Of a DNA stretch of 64,000 bases, positions 61,882-64,000 are shown one piece after another. A model generated the notes under the pieces. The model was not told where the DNA came from, did not search any database, and was given only the letters and a program-made list of their open reading frames with translations. Both the position numbers and the translations under genes were made by a program. The stretch covers positions 1-64,000 of the forward strand of contig NW_026867252.1 of the NCBI RefSeq assembly GCF_026571515.1, written 5' to 3'. How positions within the stretch are numbered: the first letter of the stretch is position 1; each line of letters starts with the position of its first letter. Origin of the DNA: Ruditapes philippinarum (Eukaryota).

Positions 61882-64000
61882 GTAAACAATTTATTAATTG
61901 GATCTATTCCTATTAGGTATTGTTGTTACTTTTGATATAAATATACAAATATGATTTTATTAGCTGGTGAATATAGTATGATCTGGACTTCTGGACGCCT
62001 CGGTCAATATTTATTTTTCAGTACATATCACATCATATTTACCAGCTAAAGTCCGTATCTGTTTAGTTTTATAATCCATAAATTACTTTCACATTGCTTA
62101 TCAAATCTACGTATGAATACGACTTAATTTGACATTTCTTCTAAATGTTACTCTTTCTATAATTGGGTCCAATCCTTTACAAGAACGCACAGAATTGCTA
62201 AATTCGTAATATTCCTAATTATTTACATGCTTCCCAGTGGTCAGTGAAATCATATTTTTATCATTTTAAAGTGAAATTATAAAATGTAATTTTCACAGTA
62301 CCGAACTATTTCTGAATGTGAATAAAAGGTATATTACTTAAACAAGTGGAAATATTGTAGTCTGAAATACAGTCCAGAAGCACATCAATATTTTGCACAT
62401 ATTATTTTAAAAATATAACAAAATTCGTAAAATTTTAAAGAATTATTTTTCATCAAGACAATTATGACGTCATGGTTTGATGTTACGCGGCAATTGTCTC
62501 GGTCAATATCATTATTTTTTCAGTACATATCTAAATATATCATCTCAGTCAATATTTTTTCCAGTACATTATAATCACACAATATTCACCACCTGAAAAG
62601 ACCATATTTGTATACTACTTAAACATTTCGGTATCGTTTCTTCAAAATAATGACAGCTAAACGGATGTGAAGAGTTGGTTGAAAAAAATAAGAAGAAGAA
62701 AGAAAAGGCGAAGATTTATTCGTCGTTGTTGTTTTTTCTTTTTTCCCTCTAAAATCGATTTTCTGCAAATCCGCCAAAGGTTACGAAAATATTAATTGAG
62801 TTCACGCCTGGTTTGTTATCATTTCGAAGAAACAGTCTATTTCAGTTGGCTCCGTTATGCTTATTTAGGAATATTAATTATGTTAAAAGACAAGTACCAA
62901 TCATTGTCACATTTTTTTTTTCAGTAATAATATCACATCATATTCTTCATCTATAAAATACCATATTTGTTTAATGCATGACACAGCTTTAATTGCCACT
63001 TTGGGAAGCCGAGGAGTTTCCTAGAATTTAGATGCTCTTTAATTTAAGAAAATAGACATCAATTTTGAGCGCATTGTTTAGGAAATAAATATCAATTTTG
63101 AGTGCATTATTGCAAATTATGCACGATTCTTGTTCAAATGCGCAAGAATATAACCACGAAGGCTATTAGCACTGAGTGATTAATTGCAAATCATTTTAAC
63201 AATAAACCGTGCATACTACAACGAAAAAAAAAAAATCTATTTCCATTCTACATGTCACATGCTAATAAAAATAAGATTTGATTAAAATGTATTGAACTAT
63301 ATCATGCGGAAAAAGTAATTTTCCTGACGTCATTTGGTTTATTCAATTTATCACGCAAAACATAAAAACACTTTACTTTAAAATTTACTATTCTTTTCTA
63401 TTGGTTTGTACAAATGACATCACGTTAAAAATAGACAAGCCATGCAATACTGTTTAAAATAGTCGCTAAAACGGACGGGTATATGAAAAGCAAATAATGA
63501 TATTTTCTAATGGTACTTAAATTAGTCCACAAGTTAATAACACTGTTTGTTAATCTGAAATCATATTTGTATGTGTGTCTAAATCTGACATATTCATATC
63601 TTACATAAAAACAAGACATGCTTTAAAGTTTTAGTAGTAAAAATAATGGTCAAGATAGTAATTTCATTTTCGATACAAGGCATTATGTTACATATATGTT
63701 TATGTATACATTTTTAGGAGGTTAGTAATACCAAACATTATAAATAGTTATATATGAGCATATTATGATAAAACAAGTAAACATTTATAACCATTCATGT
63801 TTAGTAAAAAGAACACATACAGAACAAGGTAATGAACCAAATAATCAAAGAGATAAATATGTATGAAATTATAATTGATATGAATTAAATTGTAACAACT
63901 GACATCATAATGTTTTGATAATATATGAATGTAAGAATATGTTGAAAGTGAGTAATATTATTATTCAATGTCCGTCATTGCATTGTAATGTATTGGGTCA

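Overview
AT-rich eukaryotic DNA; the repeat types and gene family suggest a bivalve mollusc (inference). There are three main components. (1) A complete, apparently intact 32-exon receptor protein tyrosine phosphatase gene (6914-33068, +, about 1398 aa by manual splicing): signal peptide, EGF-like repeat, two degenerate F-type-lectin-like domains, eight EGF-like repeats, TM helix, active PTP-D1 and pseudo-PTP-D2. (2) The first four exons of a tandem paralogue (39096 to beyond 61881, +). (3) Inside that paralogue's 20.6-kb first intron, a roughly 13.9-kb decayed Polinton/Maverick (adintovirus-like) endogenous virus (44677 to about 58535). It encodes integrase plus chromodomain, minor and major capsid proteins, packaging ATPase, small core-like proteins and a zinc-finger/vOTU/VSR-containing protein-primed PolB. 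Unusual traits of the element: no visible adenain protease gene, three PC4-like ssDNA-binding-fold ORFs (one with a predicted membrane helix), spliceosomal introns, an acidic tandem-repeat insert in the PolB exonuclease, and a missing right TIR. The rest contains Helentron-type elements with tandem arrays, MITEs, SINEs, LINE fragments, and a 61-bp tandem array that copies the receptor's C-terminal coding sequence. All calls come from reading the sequence by eye; no searches were run.
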